Assembly (NCBI GenBank): GCA_027492205.1
Contig: JAOZFN010000009.1
Location: 64,001-128,000, forward strand
Length of the DNA: 64,000 bases
Direction: 5' to 3'
Source of the DNA: Thermoproteota archaeon
Lineage (GTDB): Archaea; Korarchaeota; Korarchaeia; Korarchaeales; Korarchaeaceae
In this document: positions 28,644 through 37,918 of the stretch, piece after piece
Numbering within the stretch: the stretch's first letter is position 1
Layout of the letters: each line of letters begins with the position of its first letter
Program-made: the position numbers and the translations under genes
The notes under the pieces: generated by a model
Told to the model about the DNA's origin: nothing
Seen by the model: only the letters and a program-made list of their open reading frames with translations
Database searches by the model: none

Positions 28644-29156
28644 ATGGACCGCTACCAGCTGGCCTACCTGCTGCTGGTGCTGGGATTGGCCACCTCCGTC
28701 ATCTACTCGGCGAGGACTAAGGAGGAAGCTCCCCCGGCGGTCAGCGAGGACCGCCTCCCCGTCAGCGGGGGGGATGCTGTCAGACTGACATACGAGACTG
28801 GGGAGGTCGTCGAGCTGTGGCTCAGGGAAGAGGAGGGTGGGGCTGGCCGACTCACAATCGCAGTGAGGGCGCACAAGGGCTCGCTCGTTGAGGCTGTGCG
28901 CGCAAACCTCACCGGAAGTTTCAGCTGGCTCGGGCTGTCGACCATGAGACCTCTGGAGGGGAGGCTCTACGTCAACGAGTCTCTTGGAGTCTACGAGTTT
29001 GCCCTAGAGGGGATAGGGGTCTCGGGGGCCGACGGCCTGGCGGTCGACTTCCTGCTGATCCCGCCGGGCCGGGTGTCAATCGAGCTGGAGGTGGACGTCA
29101 GGAGAGGGGCCACCCTGAGACACCTCCGGGCGAGCGAGACGCTGGCTCATCCGTGA
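28644..29156 (+). CDS. hypothetical membrane-anchored protein
   Basis: 170 aa ORF with N-terminal TM; TTAATAA TATA-like box about 30 nt upstream. Confidence 0.7.
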   Translation: MDRYQLAYLLLVLGLATSVIYSARTKEEAPPAVSEDRLPVSGGDAVRLTYETGEVVELWLREEEGGAGRLTIAVRAHKGSLVEAVRANLTGSFSWLGLSTMRPLEGRLYVNESLGVYEFALEGIGVSGADGLAVDFLLIPPGRVSIELEVDVRRGATLRHLRASETLAHP

Positions 29157-29159
29157 GAC

Positions 29160-29705
29160 TCACGGCCCCTTGGAGCTGCTCCACAGGCTCTCGGCCAAGA
29201 ACGGGACCAGTGCCATGTAGACTCCATGCTCGTAGAGGTCCGCACGTGAGACGAGGCCTCTAGTGAATATACCGATTGCCCCCTCGGCCCTCTTTACTCC
29301 GCTCCGGCCAACTCTCTCGTCCATTAGCTTCCCCAGCTCGACCCCCTCAAGCATCCTCCTCACGAGGTAGTCAGGGCACTGAAACCACCCACTGGTGCCG
29401 AGCCCAGTCAGCCCGTCCCTGCGGACGATCGCCACGAAGCCGGTGCAGAAGGTCTGCCCGTAGAGTTCGACCAGCGCGCCCTCTATTCCGACTCCGAACT
29501 CCGCCCTTGGGACTTCGCGCAGGCTCTCCCGCGCCCTGTTCAGGGCCCCCACGGGCCCCTCCTCGTTGACCGGCTGAGGGGGGACTCCCGAACTAACCGA
29601 CACGGATACGACCTCCACCGACCCATATGCCCTGGTGAAGGCCCTCCTCACCGCCTCGACCTTAACCGGGTTCTCGGAACCGACGGCCACCACGACCCCT
29701 CGCAT
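29160..29705 (-). CDS. yjjX: non-canonical purine NTP phosphatase (ITP/XTPase)
   Basis: VAVGSENPVKVEAV, SGVPPQP, GALNRA, GVGIEG, GAIGIFT..VSR. Confidence 0.92.
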   Translation of the reverse strand: MRGVVVAVGSENPVKVEAVRRAFTRAYGSVEVVSVSVSSGVPPQPVNEEGPVGALNRARESLREVPRAEFGVGIEGALVELYGQTFCTGFVAIVRRDGLTGLGTSGWFQCPDYLVRRMLEGVELGKLMDERVGRSGVKRAEGAIGIFTRGLVSRADLYEHGVYMALVPFLAESLWSSSKGP

Positions 29706-29774
29706 CGGCCGACTCGCAACCCTGAGACGTTATTATGTAGACCTTTTGAGATCCCCAAGAGCCGGGGGGTCGGT

Positions 29775-30113
29775 TTGCGCAGGGTCCGGTGCCCCAAGTG
29801 CGGGAGGGTCCACGAGATTCCCCCTGATCACCCAGACGGGAGGTTCTTCCTGCCGTGCGGGGAGGATCACGACCTCGTCATCTGGGTGAGCGGCGGCATG
29901 GTGAGAGAGGTGGACGTGGCCGAGTCTGTCTTCGCCAGGGTGGGTTTCGAGCTGATTCCGGAGAGGGCCCCGCTGGCGCCCTCTTGGGTCGACATGGACA
30001 GGGTGAGGGCGCTCCTCTCCGGAAGGGTCAGGCCTAGCTCTGAGGACATAGACGTCCTAATGCTCTTGGAGGAGCTCGGCGTGGTGAGGAGGAAGGCGCG
30101 CGCCGCGACCTGA
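29775..30113 (+). CDS. zinc-ribbon hypothetical protein
   Basis: CPKC ... CGEDH putative Zn ligands; G-rich SD before TTG; first gene of a tightly spaced operon. Confidence 0.7.
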   Translation: MRRVRCPKCGRVHEIPPDHPDGRFFLPCGEDHDLVIWVSGGMVREVDVAESVFARVGFELIPERAPLAPSWVDMDRVRALLSGRVRPSSEDIDVLMLLEELGVVRRKARAAT

Positions 30114-30128
30114 CCAGAGGGAGTCCCG

Positions 30129-31151
30129 TTGTTCGCCCTCTACACGCGGGGCCTGTTCGGGAGGGGGACTTACTCCTCCACGCTCCGACACGCCGGGCTG
30201 GACAAGGGAGAGGTTAGGTCGGCCTCCAGGGAACTCAGGAGCTACGTTGTATACTGGATCTACGCGGCTCTATCCGACTCCGGGCTCCTCAAGGAGATAG
30301 AGGGAAGCTACAGGCGAAGGATGCGCCGGTCAGTTAGGAACCCAGCCCTTCTGGACGCCATCCTCGATCTCCTCCTCGACGCCGAAGTGCTGAGGTCGTA
30401 CGAAGATATATTCTCCTTTGAGGCTGAGCCTGACAGGCCCACTCTGTCAATTTGGTGGCTGAAGAGAGCCCTCACCGGAATGGAGGATAGGTTCAGCCAG
30501 CTCGCGGAAGATGTCAGGTCGGGGGTGAAACCTTCCCAAGACCCAGCGCACACGCTGGCGATGTACGACAACCCACTCACGCTCCTAGAGACGGGGCTCG
30601 CCGTTGAAGGTTTTGGGTTGGGGGCCGACATCAGTGCCCTCCTGCTCCCCTGGTCTGGACTCGGGGAGTACGTCTTCTCACTTAGATCCATCGTGGGCGA
30701 CGTAAGGATCATGGCCGCGGCTCCACCCGGGCTTGAGAGGGTGGTCAGGCTGGCGCTCAGGACAAGGGGGATCTATGAGGGCGGCACGATCACAATCTTC
30801 TCGGCCCGGCCGGAGGTGGCTGGACTGGAGTGCCTGAAGCAGGTGGAGGGAACTGGGACCCCTCCAGAGGCAGCCCTGCTCCTGAACGCGATTCAGTGGT
30901 CTTCATCCCCGGAGGCCGCGGTGCGATCGGCCGTTACCGGAGTGAGGTCTGGGGGGCGGGTCTACATTCTTCAGACGCTGAGATCGAGTGAGAGCCTCCC
31001 AATGGTTATATTGGGTCGGCTGCTCGGGGCTAACCTGCTTCCCACTTGGGAGGAACTGGAGAGGTCCCTCAGGGGGGCGGGCGTGAGGTGGAGGGTCATA
31101 TCGAGGACGGGCAGCGCGGTGGCACTGGAGGTGACCACGGGGGTGAGGTAG
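30129..31151 (+). CDS. hypothetical protein, helical N-terminus plus degenerate class I methyltransferase-like fold
   Basis: LLLPWSGLG at the motif-I position, AALLLNAIQW, GVRSGGRVYI; paralog of the next gene. Confidence 0.7.
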   Translation: MFALYTRGLFGRGTYSSTLRHAGLDKGEVRSASRELRSYVVYWIYAALSDSGLLKEIEGSYRRRMRRSVRNPALLDAILDLLLDAEVLRSYEDIFSFEAEPDRPTLSIWWLKRALTGMEDRFSQLAEDVRSGVKPSQDPAHTLAMYDNPLTLLETGLAVEGFGLGADISALLLPWSGLGEYVFSLRSIVGDVRIMAAAPPGLERVVRLALRTRGIYEGGTITIFSARPEVAGLECLKQVEGTGTPPEAALLLNAIQWSSSPEAAVRSAVTGVRSGGRVYILQTLRSSESLPMVILGRLLGANLLPTWEELERSLRGAGVRWRVISRTGSAVALEVTTGVR

Positions 31152-31167
31152 CCTGTATGGGTCCCTG

Positions 31168-32220
31168 ATGACGGGGGCCGCCCCTGAGCTCGTCGAGGCG
31201 AGGGCCTTCGAGTACGCGGGGATTGAGCCGACGGAGCTGGCGGTCGGGCACGACAGCCTGGTGAAGTCCATAGGATACGAGTGCTATCGTGCCCTCTATG
31301 CGTCTGGCCTCGCTAGGCGAATGGAGGGGGTTAGCCTCTCCAAGCTCAAGGAGGTCTCGGCCTATCCCGAGCTAATGGAGGCCGTGGTAGGGGCCATGGC
31401 AAGGGGAGGATACGTTCGACTTGCCGGCGGGAGGGTTAGCAGGTTCCTAGATCTCACTCCGCCGCCAGAGACGGTTCCCTGGGTGGACCGGATCATGCGC
31501 TCCCTTAGGTCTGCATTCGAGGCCCTTCCCGATCTCCTCATATCCGGAGCCCAACCGAAGCTGGATCGCGAGACGAGGAGGTTGGCCACGCTGGCGATGT
31601 ACGACAACCCCGTAGCTAGATTCCAGTCCGCGCTCGCGCTCCTCGGGATGGGGATGACGGACGCTCAGCTCATCAGGAGATGGGCCGACGTGGGGCTCAT
31701 ACCGGCGACCGTGCTCCTCCCCTGGTCCGGTATCGGGATGGTGGCGGTCGACGCCCTGAGGCTCATCGGAGCCAAGATCGTCGCGGGTGTTCCCCCCGGA
31801 GACCTGCGGGCGGCGCGGCTCGTGGTGTCGACGCTGAAGGCGCCAGAGGCCGGCAGGCTCCGGCTGGTAGAGTCCGACCTCGAATCCTTTGGGCAGAAGG
31901 TACGATCGAGCCCGGGCCTGGTGGAGGGACAGGCCGACGCTGCCGTTCTCATAGACGCGGTTCAGTGGGCTGGGGCCGACTTTGAGGCCCTCATAAAGTC
32001 GCTCGATGGAGTTCTAGCCGAAGAGGCTCCCCTGTTTCTCCTCCAGGCCCTGCAGGAAGGGGACTCGCAGGTTATAGGTATCCTCTATGCCCTCCTCGGG
32101 GGCTCGCTCCCACCCACGAGGGGTGAGCTCGAGTACGCTCTAAAGCTATCCGGCTATCGCTCGCGAGAGCTGATTAAGGGGAGGGGGGTTGTGCTTCTCA
32201 GGGCCAGCAGGAGGGAATAA
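31168..32220 (+). CDS. hypothetical protein, paralog of 30129-31151 (degenerate methyltransferase-like)
   Basis: Shares TLAMYDNP, LLPWSG.G, A.QW, LQ.L and LLG...PT..ELE..L...G with the upstream gene. Confidence 0.7.
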   Translation: MTGAAPELVEARAFEYAGIEPTELAVGHDSLVKSIGYECYRALYASGLARRMEGVSLSKLKEVSAYPELMEAVVGAMARGGYVRLAGGRVSRFLDLTPPPETVPWVDRIMRSLRSAFEALPDLLISGAQPKLDRETRRLATLAMYDNPVARFQSALALLGMGMTDAQLIRRWADVGLIPATVLLPWSGIGMVAVDALRLIGAKIVAGVPPGDLRAARLVVSTLKAPEAGRLRLVESDLESFGQKVRSSPGLVEGQADAAVLIDAVQWAGADFEALIKSLDGVLAEEAPLFLLQALQEGDSQVIGILYALLGGSLPPTRGELEYALKLSGYRSRELIKGRGVVLLRASRRE

Positions 32221-32221
32221 C

Positions 32222-32695
32222 ATGTCCGGGATAGTCAAAAAGAAGGTCGTCCTCGCCGGAAACAGCGGGGTTGGGAAGACGACCCTGGCCAAGAGGCTCA
32301 CAGGCAGGTACACCGAGGACACTAGGATGACGGTCGGGGTCGAGTTCTTCACGGTGAGGGAGGGAAACGTGAAGCTAGTGGTGTTTGACTTCGCGGGGCA
32401 GGACAGATTCAGGCCGGTCATCGAGGGGATGGGGAGGGGCGCCAGCATGGTCCTCCTGGTGTTTGACGTGAGCCGTCCGAGCACGCTGTACTCCCTGCGC
32501 GAGTGGGCCACCGTGTCTGGCGCCAGCGACGCGAGGATCCTGCTGGTCGGGAACAAGGTCGACCTCGGCATGAGGGTGGACTTGGAGGAAGTCCGGCGCG
32601 TCGCCGCCGAGCTGGGGGCAGACGAAGTGATTCTGGTGAGTGCCAACACCGGAGAGGGCATAGAGGAGCTGAGGAGAACATTGGTGAGCGCCTAA
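32222..32695 (+). CDS. Ras-superfamily (Rab-like) small GTPase
   Basis: G1 GNSGVGKTT, G2 TVGVEF, G3 DFAGQDRF, G4 GNKVD, G5 SAN; ATG 1 nt after the upstream stop. Confidence 0.93.
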   Translation: MSGIVKKKVVLAGNSGVGKTTLAKRLTGRYTEDTRMTVGVEFFTVREGNVKLVVFDFAGQDRFRPVIEGMGRGASMVLLVFDVSRPSTLYSLREWATVSGASDARILLVGNKVDLGMRVDLEEVRRVAAELGADEVILVSANTGEGIEELRRTLVSA

Positions 32696-32815
32696 AGCCG
32701 ACGTATCTGATCAAACGCCTCTGCCGCTGTCTTCCAGCACTTCCCCGCCCGACCTGAGTTTAGATTGGCGTAGTTGGGAGTTCAGAAAGGGGGTGAGGGC
32801 GCCCCGTTGGGGGCA

Positions 32816-33436
32816 TCACCTGACTGAACGCTCCCCGAGCTCAAAGGCCCTCCTGTTGACTTCCTGAGTTCCCTCAGGGACGCCCTCCATCAGGGCCTCG
32901 AGCAGCACGCCTCGGTCGATTGGGAGAACGCCGGTCGCGTAAAAGGCGCCGAGAACCACGGAGTTCATCGCCTTCGCAGTTCCCGCCTGAATGGCCAGGT
33001 CTGTGGCGTTGAGAGTGTAGACCTTGGCCCCCATCCCCTTGAGGCCCTCGACGATGGCGTCCACGTCTGGGTACCTGGCCCACCCGGCGTTGACGTCCAT
33101 GGGATACACCGGAACCACGTTCATGACTACGACCCCGCCGGGCCTGAGGTACGTCGAGGATATCCTCAGCCCCTCCAGCGGCTCCAGCGCCATGACGGCG
33201 TCCGCCTCCCCCTCCGGTATCAGAGGGGCGAGGTCGCCCTCCCTGAACATCCTGATGTGGCTGGAGACGGCGCCTCCCCTCATGGCCGCGCCGAACTTCT
33301 CCCCGACCCTGACCCTGTAACCCGACCTGATGGCCGCGTCTGCTATAACGTGAGATATCAGAACGGAACCCTGGCCGCCAACTCCGGCGACCAGCATCTG
33401 GAAGACGGCCCTTCCCGCTCCCACTCTCTCTCCCAT
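32816..33436 (-). CDS. iorB: indolepyruvate:ferredoxin oxidoreductase beta subunit
   Basis: AGVGGQG, GAAMRGGAVSSHIR, LEPLEGLR, NSVVLGA, NRRAF. Confidence 0.9.
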   Translation of the reverse strand: MGERVGAGRAVFQMLVAGVGGQGSVLISHVIADAAIRSGYRVRVGEKFGAAMRGGAVSSHIRMFREGDLAPLIPEGEADAVMALEPLEGLRISSTYLRPGGVVVMNVVPVYPMDVNAGWARYPDVDAIVEGLKGMGAKVYTLNATDLAIQAGTAKAMNSVVLGAFYATGVLPIDRGVLLEALMEGVPEGTQEVNRRAFELGERSVR

Positions 33437-33448
33437 GTGACCACCCCC

Positions 33449-35413
33449 TCAAGAGCCCTCCTTCGGGACTATCGCGTCGGTCGGACACACCTGCGCGCAC
33501 ATGCCGCATCCCACGCACAGGACTTGGTCGATGAAGGCCTTGTTCGTGTCCACGTCGAACGCGTTCGCCGGACAGCCGAACTGCACGCAGAGCCTGCAAC
33601 CGATGCACTTGTCCGGGATGACGACGTAGGTCCTCGTGGGCCTGTACTCCCTCAGCCTCATGGCCTGCAGGGTGCACACCTTGTCCGCGATCACCAGCGC
33701 GGGGCCGTCGGCCTCGGGACTGGACAGGTAGTCGAGGGCCTCCTCTATAGCCTGCTGGATGGCCTTGAGATCCCACGGGTTCGCCCTCCTGATGAAGCGG
33801 ACGCCCATGGACCTGGCGACCTCACCTATGTCCAGCCTGTTCGTGGGCTGACGCCTGGCCGTGATGCCCGTGGTGGGGCTGGGCTGGTGGCCGGTCATGG
33901 CCGTCCACCTGTTGTCCATCACCAGGAGGAGCACCTTGGCCTTGTTCACCACGGCCTCGACCACCGCCGGAAGGTCGGCGTGGAAGAACGTGGAGTCTCC
34001 CGCGAGGCCCACTATCTTTCCGTCCCTGTACCCGGCGTGGAACTCGCCTATCGAGGTACCGAACCCGCCGCCCATGATGTAGTTGGTGTCTATCATCTCG
34101 TACGGGGCCTCGGCGACGTACTTCCTGGACTCCTCGGAGAAGCTGGGCTCCACCTTCTTGGCCACTATGCCGTACCCTCCCTGCTCGTAGCACCCTATGT
34201 CGCCGTTCACGATGGGAACCTTGCCTCCCTTCCTGGCCAGAGCCAGCTTGAGGCCCCAGTAGGTCCCGAGGTGCGGACATCCGGCGCACAGCATCGAGGA
34301 TCTGGGGGCCACGAGGTCCTTCAGGGCCTCCCCCGCCGGCCTAAGGGGCTTGAACTCCACCCCCGCCAGCCTGGCCAGCGCCGCCGTGACCCTGTTGTGC
34401 GAGAGCTCGTCGTATGGCTCTATCAGGGAGTTCTCGTGCCTCCCGTAGATCTCGACGTCCGCGTGCATCCTCTGCGCGAGGTCCCTCAGCTGTAGCTCGA
34501 CCACGGGCTCGTTCTCCTCGACGACGAGGATCTTCTTGGAGCTCTCGATCAGCCTCCTGACCTTGGACTCCGGCAGCGGGAACGGGGTGGCGAGCTTCAG
34601 GAGGTTGACCTCGATTCCCAGGCGCTCGACGGCCTCCCTGACGTAGCCGTAGGCAATGCCGCAGGCCACCACTCCCACGTCGGAGTCGTTGATCTCTAGG
34701 ACGTTGAACGGCTCTCCAATCTCTTCGACGGCCCCCTTCACCTTGGGGAGCTGCTCGAATAGCCACTTGTGCTTGGCGACGGGCCCTGGGGGGCCGTAGA
34801 CGTTCCACCGGTAGGGCATCTTCCAGTGCCTGTCGAAGGCCAGCCTGTTCCTCTCCCTCCTCATCTCGCCGAGCGTGACGTCCCCACTGGAGTGGCTGAT
34901 CCTGGTCAGCGAGCGGACCATCACCGGGAGCTCGAGCCTCTCAGAGAGGTCGAAGGCCATCTTGGTGAGGTCCTTGGCCTCCTGCTGATTCGCCGGCTCC
35001 AGGCAGGGTATCTTGGCGTACATGGCGACCATCCTGGTGTCCTGCTCGTTGGACGAGTAGTGGGCGCCGGGGTCGTCGGCCACGTAGACGACGAGCCCTC
35101 CCCTCACTCCCCCGTACACGACGGTCATCAGCATGTCCATTATCCAGTTCAGGCCCGCGTTCTTCATGGTGGCCATGGATCTCGCGCCTACTATAGCCCC
35201 GCCGACGGCGACGTCGAAGGCAACCTTCTCGTTCGTCGCCCACTCGACATGGGCGTCTATGTCGGCCTCGCTGAGCGCCTCTATGACCTCGGAAGAGGGA
35301 GTGCCGGGGTAGCCGGAGACCAGCTGAACGCCAGCCTCTATGGCCCCCCTGGCCACTGCGTGGTTTCCCATCAGGAGCACTCTCTTTCCAGGGGCATCCT
35401 CATCGATCCTCAA
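33449..35413 (-). CDS. iorA: indolepyruvate:ferredoxin oxidoreductase alpha subunit family (TPP plus 2x[4Fe-4S])
   Basis: MGNHAVARGA, YPGTPSSE, NEKVA, SSNEQD, LCAGCPH, GDSTFFH..DN..TAMTGHQP, two CxxCxxCxxxCP motifs. Confidence 0.92.
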   Translation of the reverse strand: MRIDEDAPGKRVLLMGNHAVARGAIEAGVQLVSGYPGTPSSEVIEALSEADIDAHVEWATNEKVAFDVAVGGAIVGARSMATMKNAGLNWIMDMLMTVVYGGVRGGLVVYVADDPGAHYSSNEQDTRMVAMYAKIPCLEPANQQEAKDLTKMAFDLSERLELPVMVRSLTRISHSSGDVTLGEMRRERNRLAFDRHWKMPYRWNVYGPPGPVAKHKWLFEQLPKVKGAVEEIGEPFNVLEINDSDVGVVACGIAYGYVREAVERLGIEVNLLKLATPFPLPESKVRRLIESSKKILVVEENEPVVELQLRDLAQRMHADVEIYGRHENSLIEPYDELSHNRVTAALARLAGVEFKPLRPAGEALKDLVAPRSSMLCAGCPHLGTYWGLKLALARKGGKVPIVNGDIGCYEQGGYGIVAKKVEPSFSEESRKYVAEAPYEMIDTNYIMGGGFGTSIGEFHAGYRDGKIVGLAGDSTFFHADLPAVVEAVVNKAKVLLLVMDNRWTAMTGHQPSPTTGITARRQPTNRLDIGEVARSMGVRFIRRANPWDLKAIQQAIEEALDYLSSPEADGPALVIADKVCTLQAMRLREYRPTRTYVVIPDKCIGCRLCVQFGCPANAFDVDTNKAFIDQVLCVGCGMCAQVCPTDAIVPKEGS

Positions 35414-35510
35414 AGTCGACCCCCCGACCGCCGAGTCCGGACTGTAAAAAACGGTGGCCCTACTTGAGGGGCACGGAGGCTATCGAAGAACTGCTCTGAG
35501 AGGTCGTTCT

Positions 35511-36854
35511 CTATCCCTTTCTGGACCTCCACAGGTTATAGAGCGCGACCACAGCCCTCTCCGGCGTGGGATAAACCGGTATCCCAGCTTCGTAGAACTT
35601 CCTCCTCTCCTCGACCTCGATGTCTCCTCCGCCCAGGTAGGCGACGAGGATTGGCTTCTCGGTCTCCCTGAGGTGCTTCTCAATCACCTCAAAGGCTCCC
35701 GGGATGGGGTCACCGAATATTAGTATGTAAGAGTCTATTCCATCGTGATCCTTCGTGATCTCTAGTGCCTTGTCGTAGAGCTCTGCGTATGCGCTCCCAG
35801 TGAGGTCTAGAGGGTTCCTGATCACGCAGAAGTATGGGAGCTCTTCTCTGAGCCTGCTGAGCACATCTTCAGACAGCTTAGCTAGCTCCATCCCTCTCGA
35901 CTCTATTGCGTCGGCGGCCAGTATGCCGGAGCCGCCGGAACTCGTAATCACCATGACCCTCGGGCCCTTAGGAGGCTTGAAGGCCGCGAGGGCCTTGGCC
36001 GCGTCGAAGAACTCCTCCAGAGTATCGACGGCTACGGCGCCTGTCTGCCTGAACACCGCCTCGTAGACCTCCGCCGAGCCGGCGAGCGTTCCCGTGTGCG
36101 ACGCCACCGCCTCCGCCCCGGCCTCCGTCCTACCGGCCTTGATAACCACCACGGGCTTCCTGGAGGCGCACCTCCTGAGGGCCTCCATGAGCTCCCGGCC
36201 CCTCGACGTGCCCTCCAGGTAGAGAGCAACGACCTCAGTGTCGGGGTCGTCGGCGAGGTAGTTCAGCATGTCCACCTCGTCCACGTCGGCCTTGTTGCCG
36301 AGGGCGGCGAACTTGCTCATGCCTATGCCCTCCCCCTCCAGGCCGGTGGCCATGAACGCGGCGACCGTCCCGCTCTGGGACACGACGGCCACGGGTCCCC
36401 TCCTTGTGGAGAGCGGCCAGGTGGCGCAGAGGCCGACGTGCGGATTGTTGATGCCTTGGCAGTTCGGCCCGATGAGCCTGGCCCCGCCCTCCCTCACCGC
36501 CCGGACGAGCCTCCTCTCCAGCTCGACTCCCTCGCCGCCTACCTCCCTGAACCCGCCCGAGATCACGACGAATCCCTTGACTCCCTTTTGAACAGCCTCC
36601 TTCACCGTGTCGGGCACGAACCGGGCGGGGATGACTATCACGGCCAGGTCAACGGGTTCGGGGATCTCGGAGATGGAGTGGTAGCACTTCAGCCCCATGA
36701 TCTCGTCCGCCTTCGGGTTTACCGGGTATATCTTGCCCCGAAAGCCCGCGTCGATTATGTTCTTCAGGATCTCGTACCCGAGCTTTCCGGGCGTCCTGGA
36801 GGCACCTACCACCGCCACAGAGCCCGGATTGAATATCGAGTCCAGCTCCCCCAT
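35511..36854 (-). CDS. acdA: ADP-forming acyl-CoA synthetase alpha subunit
   Basis: SVAVVGAS, YPVNP, IGPNCQG, SQSG, GNKAD, catalytic SHTG, NPLDL. Confidence 0.92.
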   Translation of the reverse strand: MGELDSIFNPGSVAVVGASRTPGKLGYEILKNIIDAGFRGKIYPVNPKADEIMGLKCYHSISEIPEPVDLAVIVIPARFVPDTVKEAVQKGVKGFVVISGGFREVGGEGVELERRLVRAVREGGARLIGPNCQGINNPHVGLCATWPLSTRRGPVAVVSQSGTVAAFMATGLEGEGIGMSKFAALGNKADVDEVDMLNYLADDPDTEVVALYLEGTSRGRELMEALRRCASRKPVVVIKAGRTEAGAEAVASHTGTLAGSAEVYEAVFRQTGAVAVDTLEEFFDAAKALAAFKPPKGPRVMVITSSGGSGILAADAIESRGMELAKLSEDVLSRLREELPYFCVIRNPLDLTGSAYAELYDKALEITKDHDGIDSYILIFGDPIPGAFEVIEKHLRETEKPILVAYLGGGDIEVEERRKFYEAGIPVYPTPERAVVALYNLWRSRKG

Positions 36855-37133
36855 CTCGGGCCTCCTCGCGGTTTGGCTGGTTAAAAGTGGATAACCCCTC
36901 CCCTCACCTCGGAGGGGCGGACCCCAGTCCCTCCCGGTAATCGGCGAGCGGACCTCGAGGGGGTCCCCCTGATCGGATCTTGGTGGTGGCCCCCGTCGGC
37001 GGGGAACCCTCCCCCTTCTCCCCTTTCCTTTCTCTCTCAGTTTGTGATGATTGCTTACATCGAGCGCCTCTTTGGTACAGAGGGACGTGTTGTGGGCGGC
37101 GATCAGAAGGGGGGCGGGCCTTAAAGGTCGTCG

Positions 37134-37865
37134 ATGTGGGGGGAGGGTGGGTTGTTCGACCCGGGGTCCTTCCGAATATTTGAGCGGCTGGCCGAGAGGT
37201 ACGACTCTTGGTATGACAGGCCGGAGAACGTGCCGCTCTTTGAGTCAGAACTCGCCTGCGTTCAGAGGATGTTGAGAGGGTTCCCCCGGCCCTGGATCGA
37301 GGTAGGGGTGGGCTCCGGGAGGTTCGCCGAGGGACTGGAGATCGACCTGGGGATCGACCCGGCCCTCGCCCCCCTTAGGCTGGCCAGGCGAAGGGGGGTA
37401 GAGGTGATCAGGGCGAGGGCCGAGAGCCTTCCGCTCGGGGGCTCGAGCGTCGGGGCTGTGGTGATGGTGGTCACCATGTGCTTCCTAGACGACCCCAAGA
37501 GAGCCCTCAGGGAGGCGAGCAGGGTTCTCAAGCCCGGAGGGGGACTCGTGCTGGGCCTGGTCCTCAGAGAGAGTCCCTGGGGCAGGTTCTACCTGAGAAA
37601 GAAGGAGGAAGGCCATCCCTTCTACAGGGCCGCCAGATTCTTCTCGTCAGATGAGCTGATTCGCCTCGTTAGGGAATCAGGCCTGAAACCCTTTGGGTGG
37701 AGCTCCACGATCTCCAGGCCGCCTGGCGATGGTCCCTACGTGTTTGAGGAGCCAACACCCGGTTTGGACTTGGAGAAGGGCTTTCACTGCCTTGCGGCCG
37801 TTAAGCCGCCTGGGGAATCCTCCGAAGGGAGAGACGGTCCAGACAGCGGCCTCTCCCCGAGGTAA
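37134..37865 (+). CDS. class I SAM-dependent methyltransferase
   Basis: FERLAERYDSWY, IEVGVGSGRFA, AESLP, TMCFLDDP, RVLKPGG, GHPFYRAARF. Confidence 0.9.
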   Translation: MWGEGGLFDPGSFRIFERLAERYDSWYDRPENVPLFESELACVQRMLRGFPRPWIEVGVGSGRFAEGLEIDLGIDPALAPLRLARRRGVEVIRARAESLPLGGSSVGAVVMVVTMCFLDDPKRALREASRVLKPGGGLVLGLVLRESPWGRFYLRKKEEGHPFYRAARFFSSDELIRLVRESGLKPFGWSSTISRPPGDGPYVFEEPTPGLDLEKGFHCLAAVKPPGESSEGRDGPDSGLSPR

Positions 37866-37918
37866 AGTTATTGAGCACCCGGACCGGGCAACCTGGACCC
37901 CACATTAGGGGTGATCGC

